DNA from: Vicugna vicugna
Lineage: Eukaryota
Assembly: GCA_013265495.1 (NCBI GenBank)
Contig: MU058384.1
Location: 5,576,792-5,640,791 of the forward strand
Reading direction: 5' to 3'
DNA length: 64,000 bases
The notes beneath the pieces were generated by a model. It was not told where the DNA came from. It worked only from the letters and a program-made list of their open reading frames with translations, and searched no databases. The position numbers and the translations under genes are program-made. Every line of letters starts with the position of its first letter. Position 1 is the first letter of the stretch. Positions 63,461 to 64,000 of this stretch are shown here, piece after piece.

Positions 63461-64000
63461 AAATCCAGAATGTCTATTTCAACACACACTCCCCCCACTT
63501 TTTTTTCTCCCCTATAGCAGAATCTTTTTCTCCTCAAGTGAAATCTTGATGCCATTACCCAATTTACAAAAGCTACGAAGGCAGCCAGTCCTCAGCAGAC
63601 AAGCATCTCAAAGTTCCCGTCCAACCCTCAGTGGTGACTGAGGCAGCTCTGGGATCCCAGCTTCTAGGAACATGATCTGAAGAAAGGCAGTCCCTGTGCT
63701 TGTTCTCCAAATCCTCTGGACTAATGCTTTCTACCCTCACGTCTTAAAAGCTCAACTAAATCAGCTTAATTTCATTTAGTCGAGGATTGCTCAGCCAAAC
63801 TCGATAAGAGTTCTACTTTCATTCTCTACGTGTTAACGATAAGTTAACATTAGATGCCTACGGATTATGTTTTATTCTTAAAGTCTCTGAAAATTCATTT
63901 AAGATGAATGGGAAAATGTCCTTATCAGTCTTACACTCTCACAATCCCAGAGCTTTAAAAAGTTATCAATTGTGCCAAAGATAATCCATTTTCATGGATT

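Larger units (their letters stand above)
60689..64000 (+). other. SGK1: SGK1 intron 1 (5' part)
   Basis: Begins at the GTAAGG donor. The expected next-exon peptide (recalled as VRRWIKSPMVSV...) is not seen in the remaining sequence. Contains a MIR and a (CA)n tract. Confidence 0.85.

Noticed and set aside
1..64000. A novel multi-gene biological system
   Set aside because: No gene cluster, structured array or unexplained long coding region. The content is explained by known mammalian repeats and the SGK1 long-isoform promoter and exon.

Overview
Mammalian genomic DNA, almost certainly camelid: it carries eight tRNA-Ala-derived Vic-1-type SINEs and no Alu, Bov-A/BovB or PRE-1 elements that I could recognise. 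About 60 kb is gene-poor, repeat-rich upstream sequence (MIR, L2, L1/HAL1, MaLR/ERVL LTRs, an ERV-L dUTPase fossil, hAT MITEs, microsatellites, one 380-N gap). It leads into a CpG-island promoter and the first coding exon of the long, brain-type SGK1 isoform (SGK1.1, N-terminus MVNKDMNGFPVKKCSAFQFFKKR, 60620-60688, + strand), followed by intron 1. This is the only protein-coding sequence I can support; the other ORFs look like chance or repeat-derived frames. I found no credible novel biological system. The best follow-ups are a uORF-dense SGK1.1 5' leader, a 245-bp near-identical duplication beside a gap that may be spurious, two MER53 hairpins with miR-1302-like sequence, a perfect 12-bp-stem inverted repeat, G-quadruplex motifs and candidate distal enhancers. 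Repeat family names were assigned by eye from remembered consensus sequences, and most repeat boundaries are approximate.
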